64,000 nucleotides of DNA from Patescibacteria group bacterium UBA1406 (GCA_002305675.1 DBQA01000006.1:25422-89421), one strand, 5' to 3'; shown: positions 50,760 to 60,362, numbered from the stretch's first letter. Made by a program: numbers and translations. The notes: generated by a model from the letters alone, not told the origin.

Positions 50760-51805
50760 AGTAGCTTTTTCAGATAGAGGTAGGCCCCATAGACAGATTT
50801 ATGTGCCCTTATCCAGTCCTTAATATCCTCTCCGGACAACCATAGGTGTCTTAAGATGGGGTTCCTTGAATACAGAACATCAAACTGTTCATATGTATGG
50901 CTAGTGAATTCCCTTTTCAGAACACTCTCTCCCCGCCCGAAATCAAAGACGGCCATACCGGCATCCTTGAGGCGACAGAGGATATGGTAGATGAGGACCT
51001 TGCCCGGAGTCATTTCCCGGTATTGTGCGTCATAGGCGGTATTCAGGGTCTGGTGGGTCCTTTTGTATGTCAGGCCGATGTTATAAGCAATTGCCCTGTT
51101 GTCCGCATACAGCATGTCCACCACAAACGACCGCTTGAACTTGGCCAAAAGTTCGTAGTAGAACAGTTTGTCCCCCGGGGAGGCAAATGTCGGTTTGCCG
51201 GCCTGTTTTTTCCGGCTCCGGTCATCAATCTCAAAGGCCGCCTCCAGGGCCTTCTTGTCTGACCGGTAGCTACGGTAAACGATATCTCCGGAGAGCCTTC
51301 TTACCCTGTTTACAAGCTTGTTCCTTTTTCTTCTGTCCATGAGGGCAAACGGATCACTGCCTATGTTTATATAGGGGCAGACCGACCCCTCCTTCCTGAT
51401 CATATCCCGGCCATAAAGATACTCCGATATGTCCTCCGGGACCTCATCCAGGCAAAAACTGCCCATCCCCTTGAGCATCGCGGTCATCATAACGATGGCA
51501 GTACGTCCATCGCCGTCTCCGAGAAACGCTGACCGATCGAGATGCTTTCCGCCCGGATTAGCAAGCACGGACAGCCCATAATACCTTTCTACTGCCAGGG
51601 GTGTCACAGCGGCATAGGAACCATCCTCTCTCTGGGCGACCATGATACGGTAATCCCTTAGGCGGAACGCGTCCCGGCAGGCCAGAAACCACTCCGGACT
51701 GTTGCATGGATGGGCATGGCTACTCCTGTTCCACAGTTCCCGCCATTTTTCGATGAGAAGGTTGTCAATCTGACGGTGAATTTTGAGTTCAATCGCTTTT
51801 CCCAT
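50756..51805 (-). CDS. CelD/BcsL-like (FemAB-fold, GNAT-related) acyl/aminoacyl-transferase
   Basis: 349 aa. The N-terminus WRELWNRSSHAHPCNSPEWFLAC and the C-terminal FDFGRGESVLKREF resemble the BioF2-like/CelD acetyltransferase family as I recall it. Confidence 0.55.
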   Translation of the reverse strand: MGKAIELKIHRQIDNLLIEKWRELWNRSSHAHPCNSPEWFLACRDAFRLRDYRIMVAQREDGSYAAVTPLAVERYYGLSVLANPGGKHLDRSAFLGDGDGRTAIVMMTAMLKGMGSFCLDEVPEDISEYLYGRDMIRKEGSVCPYINIGSDPFALMDRRKRNKLVNRVRRLSGDIVYRSYRSDKKALEAAFEIDDRSRKKQAGKPTFASPGDKLFYYELLAKFKRSFVVDMLYADNRAIAYNIGLTYKRTHQTLNTAYDAQYREMTPGKVLIYHILCRLKDAGMAVFDFGRGESVLKREFTSHTYEQFDVLYSRNPILRHLWLSGEDIKDWIRAHKSVYGAYLYLKKLL

Positions 51806-52583
51806 CGGCTAGGTTTATGAAATATTGTTCCGTCTCCGGCAGCTCGAGGCCATCCTTAAAAAGAGCTTTGAATTGGCTTTTGTAGCCCGTCACCAGGGCA
51901 GTCTTCTCTTCCGTTTTCCCCTGGAATCTGAAGGTCAGATATTTCCGGCTTCCGTCAGGTTCATACAGCCTGTCATATGGAAAGTCCGACCAGTATATCG
52001 GATCCGTGAAAAGCAGTTCGCAAGCAGTCCTGACTATCACATGGTCCACATGACCTCCGATACCGAAGGGACAGAAGACCACCCCCTCCGTTATCACGCC
52101 TCTTAACTTCTCCGTCACCTGCCGTACCGTTTTCTCATCCTCGGTGGCTATTCTTCCGTTCAAAACATGAAAGTAGTAGGTAGGGTAGATGTGTTCAAGC
52201 TCTGGGATGATCTTCCCGAAGAGGCCAAGACCCTTCGGCAGCCTCTGTCTTCGCCGCCACAGGGCGTCCACAAAACCCAGGTTCACAACTGTTTTGGCAA
52301 CAGGCAACAGCGTTTCCCTGTCCTCTATCTGCCTGTCCTTGTATAGAAGCTCCGCATTGTCATAGCCGAGCTGCCCGAGAAAGGACAGGCCGGAACGGGT
52401 ATGAGGCGGAGGACCCGCCTTGGTAAAGACATTCACCACATGCACATCCGTGTATCCGGAAAGATGGCTCATAAGAGCTCCGGCCGACAATACCGCGTCG
52501 TCCAGATGGGGAGAAACGAAATAACAGGGTCTTTTTCCGTGGATTATGTCTGCCACCGCGCTGTTTTTCATCTCAGGCAGCAT
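51789..52583 (-). CDS. PIG-L/LmbE-family de-N-acetylase
   Basis: The motif VSPHLDDAVLSAGAL is a PHxDD variant, with GGHVDHV later. The start is ambiguous (ATG at 52583 or 52571); the longer track start overlaps the upstream GT4 gene. Confidence 0.7.
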   Translation of the reverse strand: MLPEMKNSAVADIIHGKRPCYFVSPHLDDAVLSAGALMSHLSGYTDVHVVNVFTKAGPPPHTRSGLSFLGQLGYDNAELLYKDRQIEDRETLLPVAKTVVNLGFVDALWRRRQRLPKGLGLFGKIIPELEHIYPTYYFHVLNGRIATEDEKTVRQVTEKLRGVITEGVVFCPFGIGGHVDHVIVRTACELLFTDPIYWSDFPYDRLYEPDGSRKYLTFRFQGKTEEKTALVTGYKSQFKALFKDGLELPETEQYFINLADGKSD

Positions 52584-53676
52584 TAATAATGTCTGAGACA
52601 ACTGATAGGTATGACCGGACGCTTTTTTCCCAAGTATAGTCTGCCGCTGCCTCTCTGGCGGCCACAGCCATGTTTTGCCTTGTTTTGGGACTAGCAATCA
52701 AGGCCAGAATCTTCTCCCCGAAGACGACCCGATCAAAAGGCCTGACCCTTAAAATACAGCCTTCAGGCACCCACGACAGTCCTTTAATATCAAAAGACAC
52801 TATCGGCTTACCGTGGGCCATCGCCTCCAGGGCAACTAGGGAGAAGGTTTCGAACCGGGATGGGATAACGACCAGCATGCACTCACCGAGTAACCGTGCC
52901 TTTTCCGATCCTTCCACCTTTCCCAGGCAGGTCACCATGCCCTGCAGGTTACGGGTATGGATATGTCTTTCGATCGCCTGCCTTTCCGCGAGACTCCCTC
53001 CTCCGGCTATCAGAAGCGGGACATCGGTCCGGCCAGAGATGGCAGTGTATGCGTCTATCAGAAGATCCAGCCCCTTCTGGTCCATCTCCAATCGACCGAT
53101 AAAAAGTATGTACGGTCTGGATTTGCGGGGTCGTATCTCATCGTCTATCCTCCCAATCCCGTTCGGGACCACGTAAACCCGGGCATGCCTGTTCGCTGAC
53201 AGTATCTTTTCCCGAAATGCCTCCGTAACGACGATGACATGACGGTACAGTTTCAGGCCGGCATCCTCTATCAACCGGAACGGCAGCTTATATTTCCGTT
53301 CCATGTCTTCGGCACTCAGCATGTGGGCCCACCCCACCACCGGCCGATGCGTGAATGCCGGCAAGAACGAAGTGGAGAATGGCGGTGTGAAACACTCTAT
53401 CCAGATATCAAAGTCGGCCTTCCTTACCTCCCGGACCAGAAACAGATGAAAGAGGAGTTGCGAGAGTCTGGGTCCGGTGAAGGACCATCCGATCCGCCTG
53501 AATTTTATTCCTGATACCGTCAGATCAGAAGCGCCCCGGTAGTTTCCGGTGACAACGGTCACCTCATACTCGTCCCGGAGCCGTCCGGCTATTTCTTTTA
53601 CAGCCGACGCACCGCCCCCGGCATAATAGGGATTGCCTATGTCGTCATAGATCGATATGGTTACCTTTTTCTTCAC
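52573..53676 (-). CDS. GT4-family (group 1) glycosyltransferase
   Basis: 367 aa with a GT-B layout. The C-terminal EX7E-type region contains PSRFETFSLVALEAMAHGKPIV. Confidence 0.85.
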   Translation of the reverse strand: MKKKVTISIYDDIGNPYYAGGGASAVKEIAGRLRDEYEVTVVTGNYRGASDLTVSGIKFRRIGWSFTGPRLSQLLFHLFLVREVRKADFDIWIECFTPPFSTSFLPAFTHRPVVGWAHMLSAEDMERKYKLPFRLIEDAGLKLYRHVIVVTEAFREKILSANRHARVYVVPNGIGRIDDEIRPRKSRPYILFIGRLEMDQKGLDLLIDAYTAISGRTDVPLLIAGGGSLAERQAIERHIHTRNLQGMVTCLGKVEGSEKARLLGECMLVVIPSRFETFSLVALEAMAHGKPIVSFDIKGLSWVPEGCILRVRPFDRVVFGEKILALIASPKTRQNMAVAAREAAADYTWEKSVRSYLSVVSDIINAA

Positions 53677-53745
53677 CTAGAGCTTTATAGCGGGTATTGT
53701 TTAAATATGGGTTAGAGCAGGGTAAGAATAGGGTGATAACGTGCT

Positions 53746-53823
53746 TGGGGTGGCTGACCGGACTTGAACCGGCAACCTTCTGCTCCACAGGCAGATGCTC
53801 TAACCAGTTGAGCTACAGCCACC
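53746..53823 (-). tRNA. tRNA-His (anticodon GTG) with encoded G-1 and 3' CCA
   Basis: Hand-folded. G-1 plus acceptor GTGGCTG pairs with CAGCCAC. The anticodon arm is TCTGC-CTGTGGA-GCAGA. The discriminator is C, followed by CCA. Confidence 0.9.
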
Positions 53824-53829
53824 AATCGG

Positions 53830-53903
53830 TGCTCCCAAGAGGATTCGAACCTCTGACCTACCGCTTAGAAGGCGGTCGCTCTATCCGACTGAGCTATGGG
53901 AGC
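53830..53903 (-). tRNA. tRNA-Arg (anticodon TCT)
   Basis: Hand-folded. The acceptor GCTCCCA pairs with TGGGAGC. The anticodon arm is ACCGC-CTTCTAA-GCGGT. The T loop is TTCGAAT. No encoded CCA. Confidence 0.9.
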
Positions 53904-53957
53904 AGACCGCACGATGAACTGAATATATTATAGCAAACGGACGGCCAGGGAGAAGCC

Positions 53958-55595
53958 CTATACGATCTCTTCCTTGCGGCGGCGGATGAACCCTATCCAC
54001 TCCTCGACCACCTCAAAGAGTACTTTGAACGGAGCCTCGATCAGGAAGTCGAATATGAATAGGATAAAGTTAATCCTGGCTATCTCCGAGCTCAGCCACT
54101 TGCCCACAGACACCAGAGGCATCAGGAAAAAGTCTATGACCGGTGTCAGCACGTTCTCCTTTTCCTTGATGGTGTATTCCTGGGCGATCCTTCTGATTCT
54201 GTACCCGAAAAAGCTGACCGCGGAAACGAAGAAGAAAAAGATAAGTTTGCTCGTCAGGTGGAAGTTGAGCAGGTCAAGAAAGTAGTTGATGAGGATAAAT
54301 GTCACGGCAAAGGTCGCAAAATAAAAGCTCCAGAAGGAAAGGGAGAACAGGAAGTTCTTCTGTTTTTTCCTTTTTTCCTTGAAGACAACCTTCTCCACGT
54401 TGCCCTGGTAGACAAACTGCTTTATCCTTTCAATGATGCGGTTCGTATTGTCTTCGCCCGGGATGCCGGTCATCAACACGAACATCGACATCAGGAGGGG
54501 CGGAAAAAGGGCGTTGATGGCGAGGGTGATATAGTCAATGCTCTCTCCCATGGCCTGCATGATGGGATATTCGGCTATGAAAACAAAGACTACCTTGGTC
54601 AGGAAGATATACAATATGCTCCTGACCCCGGCCCGGGTCAGTTTTTCCTTTGATATCTGGTATTTTTCCCGGCAGACGGAATCGACGATGGCCGTCAGTC
54701 TTTTTTCGTCCGCGAGTATCTCCTTCATTTCCTGCCTATTCCTAAGCATGGTTTCCTTCAGGACAAGATAGGCCGGCCGCAGGTTTCTCAGGTAACGGCT
54801 GATGTTGCGATTAACAGGTGCGTCGATATGCCTGTCGATGAAATGGAAGGACTTCTTGAATTCGGACAGATGTTCCACGAACTTATCCGGTTTTATTTTC
54901 AGCAGGTGCTCGAAGATGAGCTTGAACAGGTTGTATCTGAGGTAGACACGGTCGCTCTTCATGAACACCTGTTCCATGGCAATATAGAATCTCAGGTCCT
55001 TCTCTTCGGCTGAAATCCCTTCAACCACCACGTTCGGATTTAGCACCTGATAAAAATAGAACAGGAATGTCTTTTCCATCTCCGATTCCTTCTGGCTGAA
55101 CACCTCCTCGATCTGACAGACCAGAAGGTCACGGATAAATTCAGAAAAATACTGTGCCTTGCCCCGTTCCTCACCCTTGATAAGCAGGTTCTTCAGGGTC
55201 ACATACCATTCGATGACCTTTGAGAGCTGGTCGATGCTCTTCTCGGGGATCTTGTCTTTCTTATAGTAGCCCGCCCAGGCTAACTCTTTGGCGATGGATG
55301 TCGCCTCATCCAACAGGTTGGGATTGAAGGCTATCCGCCGGTTGATGATCCGGTTGATGGCATTCCTTCTGATGATATGCTCATCCTTGAACTCGATGAC
55401 ATTGCGGAACTTCTCATAAATGACGGCAAAGAACGAGACGGTCTTGGAGACATCGATAGCCTCGGTGTCATCGAACTCGGGTTTTTCGTAAACCTTTTCG
55501 ATAGCACTTATAAGGGACTTGGTTTTGTTTGATATGTCGGCCATAGTACTTGTTTGGTATAATGATTGTATCATATCTTTGGCGATTTGTATCAA
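53958..55595 (-). CDS. Large hypothetical membrane protein (545 aa)
   Basis: A soluble helical N-terminal ~330 aa is followed by about 6 TM helices. No motif I can name confidently. The start is uncertain (several ATGs in the first 18 codons). Confidence 0.45.
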   Translation of the reverse strand: MIQIAKDMIQSLYQTSTMADISNKTKSLISAIEKVYEKPEFDDTEAIDVSKTVSFFAVIYEKFRNVIEFKDEHIIRRNAINRIINRRIAFNPNLLDEATSIAKELAWAGYYKKDKIPEKSIDQLSKVIEWYVTLKNLLIKGEERGKAQYFSEFIRDLLVCQIEEVFSQKESEMEKTFLFYFYQVLNPNVVVEGISAEEKDLRFYIAMEQVFMKSDRVYLRYNLFKLIFEHLLKIKPDKFVEHLSEFKKSFHFIDRHIDAPVNRNISRYLRNLRPAYLVLKETMLRNRQEMKEILADEKRLTAIVDSVCREKYQISKEKLTRAGVRSILYIFLTKVVFVFIAEYPIMQAMGESIDYITLAINALFPPLLMSMFVLMTGIPGEDNTNRIIERIKQFVYQGNVEKVVFKEKRKKQKNFLFSLSFWSFYFATFAVTFILINYFLDLLNFHLTSKLIFFFFVSAVSFFGYRIRRIAQEYTIKEKENVLTPVIDFFLMPLVSVGKWLSSEIARINFILFIFDFLIEAPFKVLFEVVEEWIGFIRRRKEEIV

Positions 55596-55602
55596 TACAT
55601 AA

Positions 55603-55674
55603 GCCTCCGTGGTGTAATGGACAGCACCCAGGTCTTCGGAACCTGTTGTAGAGGTTCGAGTCCTCTCGGAGGCA
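55603..55674 (+). tRNA. tRNA-Arg (anticodon TCG)
   Basis: Hand-folded. The acceptor GCCTCCG pairs with CGGAGGC. The anticodon arm is CAGGT-CTTCGGA-ACCTG. The T arm is AGAGG-TTCGAGT-CCTCT. The discriminator is A. Confidence 0.85.
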
Positions 55675-55675
55675 C

Positions 55676-56224
55676 ATGCTGCCCTTCGTGTTTGCCTTTT
55701 TTGTCCAATTCGTCATGCTGCTCCTTCTCATCTACCTGCTTTTGTATTTCCTCAGTATGATCATCTCGGACTTCTTCGGGGTTCCCTTTGTCCCCACCCG
55801 GGGCCGCTCCATCAGTGAGATATTCGATGAGGTCAGGTTCAGGAAGAGGGACGTTTTCTATGACCTTGGTTGCGGAGACGGCCGACTGACGTTCTATGTC
55901 TGGCAGAAGTTCGGCATCAAGAGCATCGGCATTGAGCTCAATCCACTGCTCCATTGGTACACCAGTCTGAAAAAGAGGCTTATCAAGGCCGACCGGACAA
56001 TCTTTCTAAAGAAAGACCTTTTCGATGTCGACCTGAGGGACGCGACCGTGATCTACGTCTTTCTTTTCCCGGAGGTCCTCGACAGACTCAGCCGGAAACT
56101 GTCCCGGGAATGCCGTAAAGGCACCCTGATCGTTTCACACGGCTTTAAAATCAAGGGGTTCGGAAGGAAACTGGAGAAGCAAAAGACAGAGAAGCCGTTC
56201 TCTACTTATTATTACCGTCTGTAG
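55676..56224 (+). CDS. Membrane-anchored small class I SAM-dependent methyltransferase
   Basis: An N-terminal TM (FAFFVQFVMLLLLIYLLLYFL) and motif I VFYDLGCGDGRLTF. It is a paralog-like match to 4825..5283. The ATG lies 2 nt after the tRNA-Arg 3' end. Confidence 0.6.
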   Translation: MLPFVFAFFVQFVMLLLLIYLLLYFLSMIISDFFGVPFVPTRGRSISEIFDEVRFRKRDVFYDLGCGDGRLTFYVWQKFGIKSIGIELNPLLHWYTSLKKRLIKADRTIFLKKDLFDVDLRDATVIYVFLFPEVLDRLSRKLSRECRKGTLIVSHGFKIKGFGRKLEKQKTEKPFSTYYYRL

Positions 56225-58214
56225 ACCTCTTCACCCTGACCCGGGCGTCATTCTCAAGGTACGCGGTCATGTCCGGTAGGATCGTTTTGTGGGCTTTGCC
56301 CGGATGGCTGTAAATCCTCATGGTAATGAAGTTCCGGAATCTGCTGACGTACTCGATCTTCCAGATCTCGGGGAAGCGCTTGGATAGCCCGCGGGTTATT
56401 TCCTCCCAATGAGCTTTCGGGCTGAATTCATAGGTGATGTCCTCAATGACCGGAGAGCCCATATCACTCTCAGGAACGCTTTCAAGATATCTGAAGGCAC
56501 GGGCATATACCCCCATATCGATCTCGGCCACCACATACCTGTCGGGAAGTGACAGCTCGTAGAGGATCCGGGGGTCAACCTGGCCAATATAACCTGCCTC
56601 CCGGTTGTCAATGTATATTTTGGCCGACAGGTCTTCTTTCAGGTACGGTCTCCCGGCACCAGCCCGATAAGAGTACCTCCTGGACTTGGAGAACTTCAGT
56701 AGGGCATCCACAAACCCTTTCAGCCGGTCGTAGCCGCCCCTCATGACGAGTCCGAGCGTTCTCGACTCCAAAGGCAGGTCGTTCTCCCTTGGCAGATAGG
56801 TGTTTGCGATCTCAAATATCATGATCCCCTGATAACCCTTGTTTATCCTAGCATCCTTGACCAATGAAGGGACCAGGCTCTGCCGAAAACTGACCAGTTC
56901 CTTGGACATCGGGTTGATCATCTTTATGGAATCGCTGCTCGTGCCGAACAGTTTCTCTTCCTCTTCGGAGATCATGGAGTAGTTGTGGACTTCGAAAAAG
57001 CCCAGGTGGGCTAAAAACTTTCTGGTCTCGTTCTCCTTTTGGAAATTCTCCCGCTCCGTTCTGATGAAATCGTCCGTGATGTACGCAAAGGGCGGCAGGT
57101 GGGTAGGTATCCTTCCATAACCGTAGATGCGCGCTACCTCCTCGATGAGATCCTCTTTGATGCCGATATCGTTCATCCGATGGCTTGGGACCTCAAAACG
57201 CATCAGGCTGTCCTTTTCCTCTTCCAGACCGAAGCCAAGGTCTGCCAGGATCGAAACGACCTCATCCCGACCGATCTCCACTGCCATGTAGGCTCGGATA
57301 TCCGCCAGCGTGATGCCGATAACCTTCCTTTCGGCTTCCTCACTTCTTACATCCTGATACCGTCCGGCCACTTTGCCTTTGGCCAATTTACGGTACAATG
57401 CCACTCCCCGGAAGAAGGCCGTTTCGGCCAGGTTCGGGTCCGGACTGTTTTCGTTATATGAGGCGGCCATGGTCCTGATCCCGTGCCTCATGGAACTCCG
57501 TCTGATATTGACCGGATCGTTAGATTCTATAAAGAATAGGATTCTTTTTGTCCCGTTATGCACTACACTGTTCTCAGTTCCCATGATGCCCGGCAGGTCG
57601 ATGATCCGGCCGGTACCGTCGTCGATGACCACGTCGGTATTGTCCAGCCGATGCTTTTTTCCGTCCAGGGTGACGATCTCCTCGCCCTTCCGGGCCTGCC
57701 TGACCAAGAGGGTACGAGAGTTCAGCCTGTCCAGATCGAACACATGGGCCGGATGGCCAACCTCAAGCATGACGTAGTTGGTGATGTCAATCAAGTTGTT
57801 CAGCGCACGGATGCCTGCCGCCTCCAGCCTTTCCCTAATATAGGCCGGCGATTCTCCAACCTCAACGTCCTCGATAATGATGGCCAGCATCCTGTCCAGA
57901 AGCCTTTCCGGATCCTTGAGAGTTATGGGCTCCGCGTCCTTGTCAGGCTCGGGTCTCGGAGTGTCGAGCGGCCTTAGTTCGGCCGGGATGCCGTTCCTTT
58001 TGAGGATGGTGGCCGCTTCCCTGGCTATACCATAGACCGAGGCGGCGTCTATTCTGTTGGTGGTCACCTCTATGTCATACAGATGATCGCTGCCCGCCTT
58101 CTCCAGTCTTTCCACGGCCGGACCTGACAGGGATAACAGCTCCTGTATTTCTATCGGCGTAGCTTTTGTGTCCAGGTATTCCCTTAGCCAACTATCCAAT
58201 ATGCGGATGTTCAT
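56202..58214 (-). CDS. pheT: Phenylalanine--tRNA ligase beta subunit
   Basis: 670 aa with B3/4 and B5 domain patterns. ATGA overlap with pheS. It lacks the N-terminal tRNA-binding (EMAP-like) domain length of the ~800-aa forms. Confidence 0.9.
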   Translation of the reverse strand: MNIRILDSWLREYLDTKATPIEIQELLSLSGPAVERLEKAGSDHLYDIEVTTNRIDAASVYGIAREAATILKRNGIPAELRPLDTPRPEPDKDAEPITLKDPERLLDRMLAIIIEDVEVGESPAYIRERLEAAGIRALNNLIDITNYVMLEVGHPAHVFDLDRLNSRTLLVRQARKGEEIVTLDGKKHRLDNTDVVIDDGTGRIIDLPGIMGTENSVVHNGTKRILFFIESNDPVNIRRSSMRHGIRTMAASYNENSPDPNLAETAFFRGVALYRKLAKGKVAGRYQDVRSEEAERKVIGITLADIRAYMAVEIGRDEVVSILADLGFGLEEEKDSLMRFEVPSHRMNDIGIKEDLIEEVARIYGYGRIPTHLPPFAYITDDFIRTERENFQKENETRKFLAHLGFFEVHNYSMISEEEEKLFGTSSDSIKMINPMSKELVSFRQSLVPSLVKDARINKGYQGIMIFEIANTYLPRENDLPLESRTLGLVMRGGYDRLKGFVDALLKFSKSRRYSYRAGAGRPYLKEDLSAKIYIDNREAGYIGQVDPRILYELSLPDRYVVAEIDMGVYARAFRYLESVPESDMGSPVIEDITYEFSPKAHWEEITRGLSKRFPEIWKIEYVSRFRNFITMRIYSHPGKAHKTILPDMTAYLENDARVRVKRSTDGNNK

Positions 58215-59260
58215 CTGTTTATTTCGGGGAAAAGTCCGAGCTCGCCGCTGAATAGCTTTCTCAGGTCGGACAACTGATATTTCATCATGTATACCCTCTC
58301 CACCCCGAATCCGAAGGCCCAGCCCGAATATCTGTCAGGATCTATTTTTCCCTCCCTCAGGACATAAGGGTGTACCATACCCGCCCCGCCGAGTTCCAGC
58401 CAGCCGCTTTTGCAGACGCGGCACTTCTCACCGTTGACGCGCATCGTCCCCCGGCAGATGGTGCAGGTCGTGTCCACTTCGAACGACGGTTCGGTGAACT
58501 GAAAATGATATGGCCTGAGCCTTATCTTGACGTCGTAGCCGAAATACTCCTTGGCAAAAAAATCGATAGCTCCCTTAAGATGGGTGATGTTAATGCCCTT
58601 ATCGACGCAGAGGCCCTCGAACTGATGGAACATCGGGGTGTGCGTCACGTCCCAGTTGCGCCGGAAGCATCTCGCCACATTGATCATTCTGATCGGCGGT
58701 TTTTTCCTCCGCCACATCTCCCTTACCTGCCCCGAGGAGGTGTGGGGAGACAGAACCATCCGACCGAATTTTTCGGAAGGTGGGCCATCGACCGCAAAGG
58801 ATTCGAACTCGTCCCTTGCCGGGTGTGTCGAGGGCATGTTCAGGCTGTCGAAGGCGAAATACTCATACTCTATCTCATGGTAGGAAACCTTATAGAAGCC
58901 TATCTTTGTGAAAATGTCCACGATCTCCTCGATGGTCCTGGAGACGGGATGGATGGAGCCGACAGGAACCTGTTGACCGGGAAGCGTTGGATCCATGGTG
59001 TCGTTCGTTCTCTGTAGGAGTTCCCGCCTCTTTACTTCTATCGCTCTGGTAATCCTTCCTTTGGTGGTGTTTATGGTTGAGCCGAGTTTTTTCTTTTCTT
59101 CAGAGTCCTTTACACCCTTCAGTACTCGAAGCCATTCGTTGACGGTGCCTTTCCTGCCCAAAACGCTGACCTCTACGGCCTCCAGTTCATTCAGGTCATG
59201 GGCGGAGTTTATCTTATCTATCAGGTTGTTGACAACTGGGTCAATCTTTTTGGGATCCAT
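58211..59260 (-). CDS. pheS: Phenylalanine--tRNA ligase alpha subunit
   Basis: Class II motifs are HPARDEFESF, CFRRNWDVTHTPMFHQFEG and GWAFGFGVERV. Confidence 0.95.
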   Translation of the reverse strand: MDPKKIDPVVNNLIDKINSAHDLNELEAVEVSVLGRKGTVNEWLRVLKGVKDSEEKKKLGSTINTTKGRITRAIEVKRRELLQRTNDTMDPTLPGQQVPVGSIHPVSRTIEEIVDIFTKIGFYKVSYHEIEYEYFAFDSLNMPSTHPARDEFESFAVDGPPSEKFGRMVLSPHTSSGQVREMWRRKKPPIRMINVARCFRRNWDVTHTPMFHQFEGLCVDKGINITHLKGAIDFFAKEYFGYDVKIRLRPYHFQFTEPSFEVDTTCTICRGTMRVNGEKCRVCKSGWLELGGAGMVHPYVLREGKIDPDRYSGWAFGFGVERVYMMKYQLSDLRKLFSGELGLFPEINR

Positions 59261-59278
59261 TTTAATCGGTGGCCTCGT

Positions 59279-59623
59279 TTATTTTTTTACTTCTTTGACA
59301 AATTTCGTGAACAGCTCTTTGTTTTGGGCCATGACCGCCAATATCTTGCGGTCGATCTCGACCTTCCTGGCCTTCAGGAGGTGGATAAGCTCCGAATACT
59401 TCATGCCCATCTCCCTGATACCTGCATTTATCCTCAGGATCCATAGACGCCTCATCTGGCGCTTCCGGTGCTTCCGTCCGGCATAGGCATATTCCCCGGC
59501 GTGCAGCACCGCCTCTTTCGCTACCTTGTAAAGCCTATTCTTGGTCATCCGATAGCCCTTGGCGAGCTGGAGGACCTTCTTATGTCTTTTGTGCGTGGTG
59601 ACGCCTCTTTTGACTCTGGCCAT
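59279..59623 (-). CDS. rplT: 50S ribosomal protein L20
   Basis: MARVKRGVTTHKRHKKVLQLAKGY is the canonical L20 N-terminus. Confidence 0.95.
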   Translation of the reverse strand: MARVKRGVTTHKRHKKVLQLAKGYRMTKNRLYKVAKEAVLHAGEYAYAGRKHRKRQMRRLWILRINAGIREMGMKYSELIHLLKARKVEIDRKILAVMAQNKELFTKFVKEVKK

Positions 59624-59626
59624 AAT

Positions 59627-59821
59627 TCATTCTGACAGTAACTTCTTAACTTTTTTAGCAATGGTAGAGAAGAGGACCTTGGGTGTCTTCAGCCTCCTGA
59701 TCCTGGCCTTGGACTTAGTGGACCTCAGATGCCTCAGGTTATGGCTGCGGTGAACCACCTTGCCACCTTTCGTGACCTTGAATCTTTTGGCGATCGATTT
59801 CCTGGTTTTCTGCTTACTCAT
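59627..59821 (-). CDS. rpmI: 50S ribosomal protein L35
   Basis: MSKQKTRKSIAKRFKVTKGGKVV is L35-like. An alternative upstream ATG is at 59836. Confidence 0.9.
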   Translation of the reverse strand: MSKQKTRKSIAKRFKVTKGGKVVHRSHNLRHLRSTKSKARIRRLKTPKVLFSTIAKKVKKLLSE

Positions 59822-60362
59822 TTTTCTTTTTTTCATAGCTTATAACAACTCTGAGCACCCTGCCGTGGAAGGCCGGCTCGCTGACCGCCTTGGCATCCTC
59901 TATCTTGCTGATGAAGCTGATGAGGAAGGCCTTGGCGTCCTCCTTTTTGCCGAGCTCCCTGCCCTTAAGCCAAAGACTGATCCTGACCTGATGGCCGTCC
60001 TTCAGGAACTCGCCCGCCCTTCTGATCAGCCGCGCCACATCGTGGTCGGCCATGAAGAGCCCTATTTTAAGTTCTTTTGTTTCCGTCTTGCCTTTCTTTT
60101 CGTTCTTCGTTTTCTTGGCCAACTGGTACAAATACTTGTTAAAGTCTATGATCTTGGCCACGGGCGGTTGCGCCTTTGGGGCGACCTCCACCAGGTCCAG
60201 GCCTTCGGTTCTGGCACGCGAGAGCGCGTCATTCCTGGACATGATCCCCAGGAACTCGCCTTCATCCGACAACACTCTTAAAGTGCCTGCCTGGATCCTC
60301 TCGTTCACAAATATGCTGCGTTTCAGGAGCTGTTTTTTGCTTGGGCTACGCCTTCTTCTCAA
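59814..60362 (-). CDS. infC: Translation initiation factor IF-3
   Basis: VNERIQAGTLRVLSDEGEFLGIMS and the C-domain are collinear with IF-3. There is no in-frame ATG before residue 41. Candidate starts are TTG 60362, ATA 60314 and GTG 60308, which fits the non-AUG start typical of infC. Confidence 0.9.
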   Translation of the reverse strand: MRRRRSPSKKQLLKRSIFVNERIQAGTLRVLSDEGEFLGIMSRNDALSRARTEGLDLVEVAPKAQPPVAKIIDFNKYLYQLAKKTKNEKKGKTETKELKIGLFMADHDVARLIRRAGEFLKDGHQVRISLWLKGRELGKKEDAKAFLISFISKIEDAKAVSEPAFHGRVLRVVISYEKKKNE

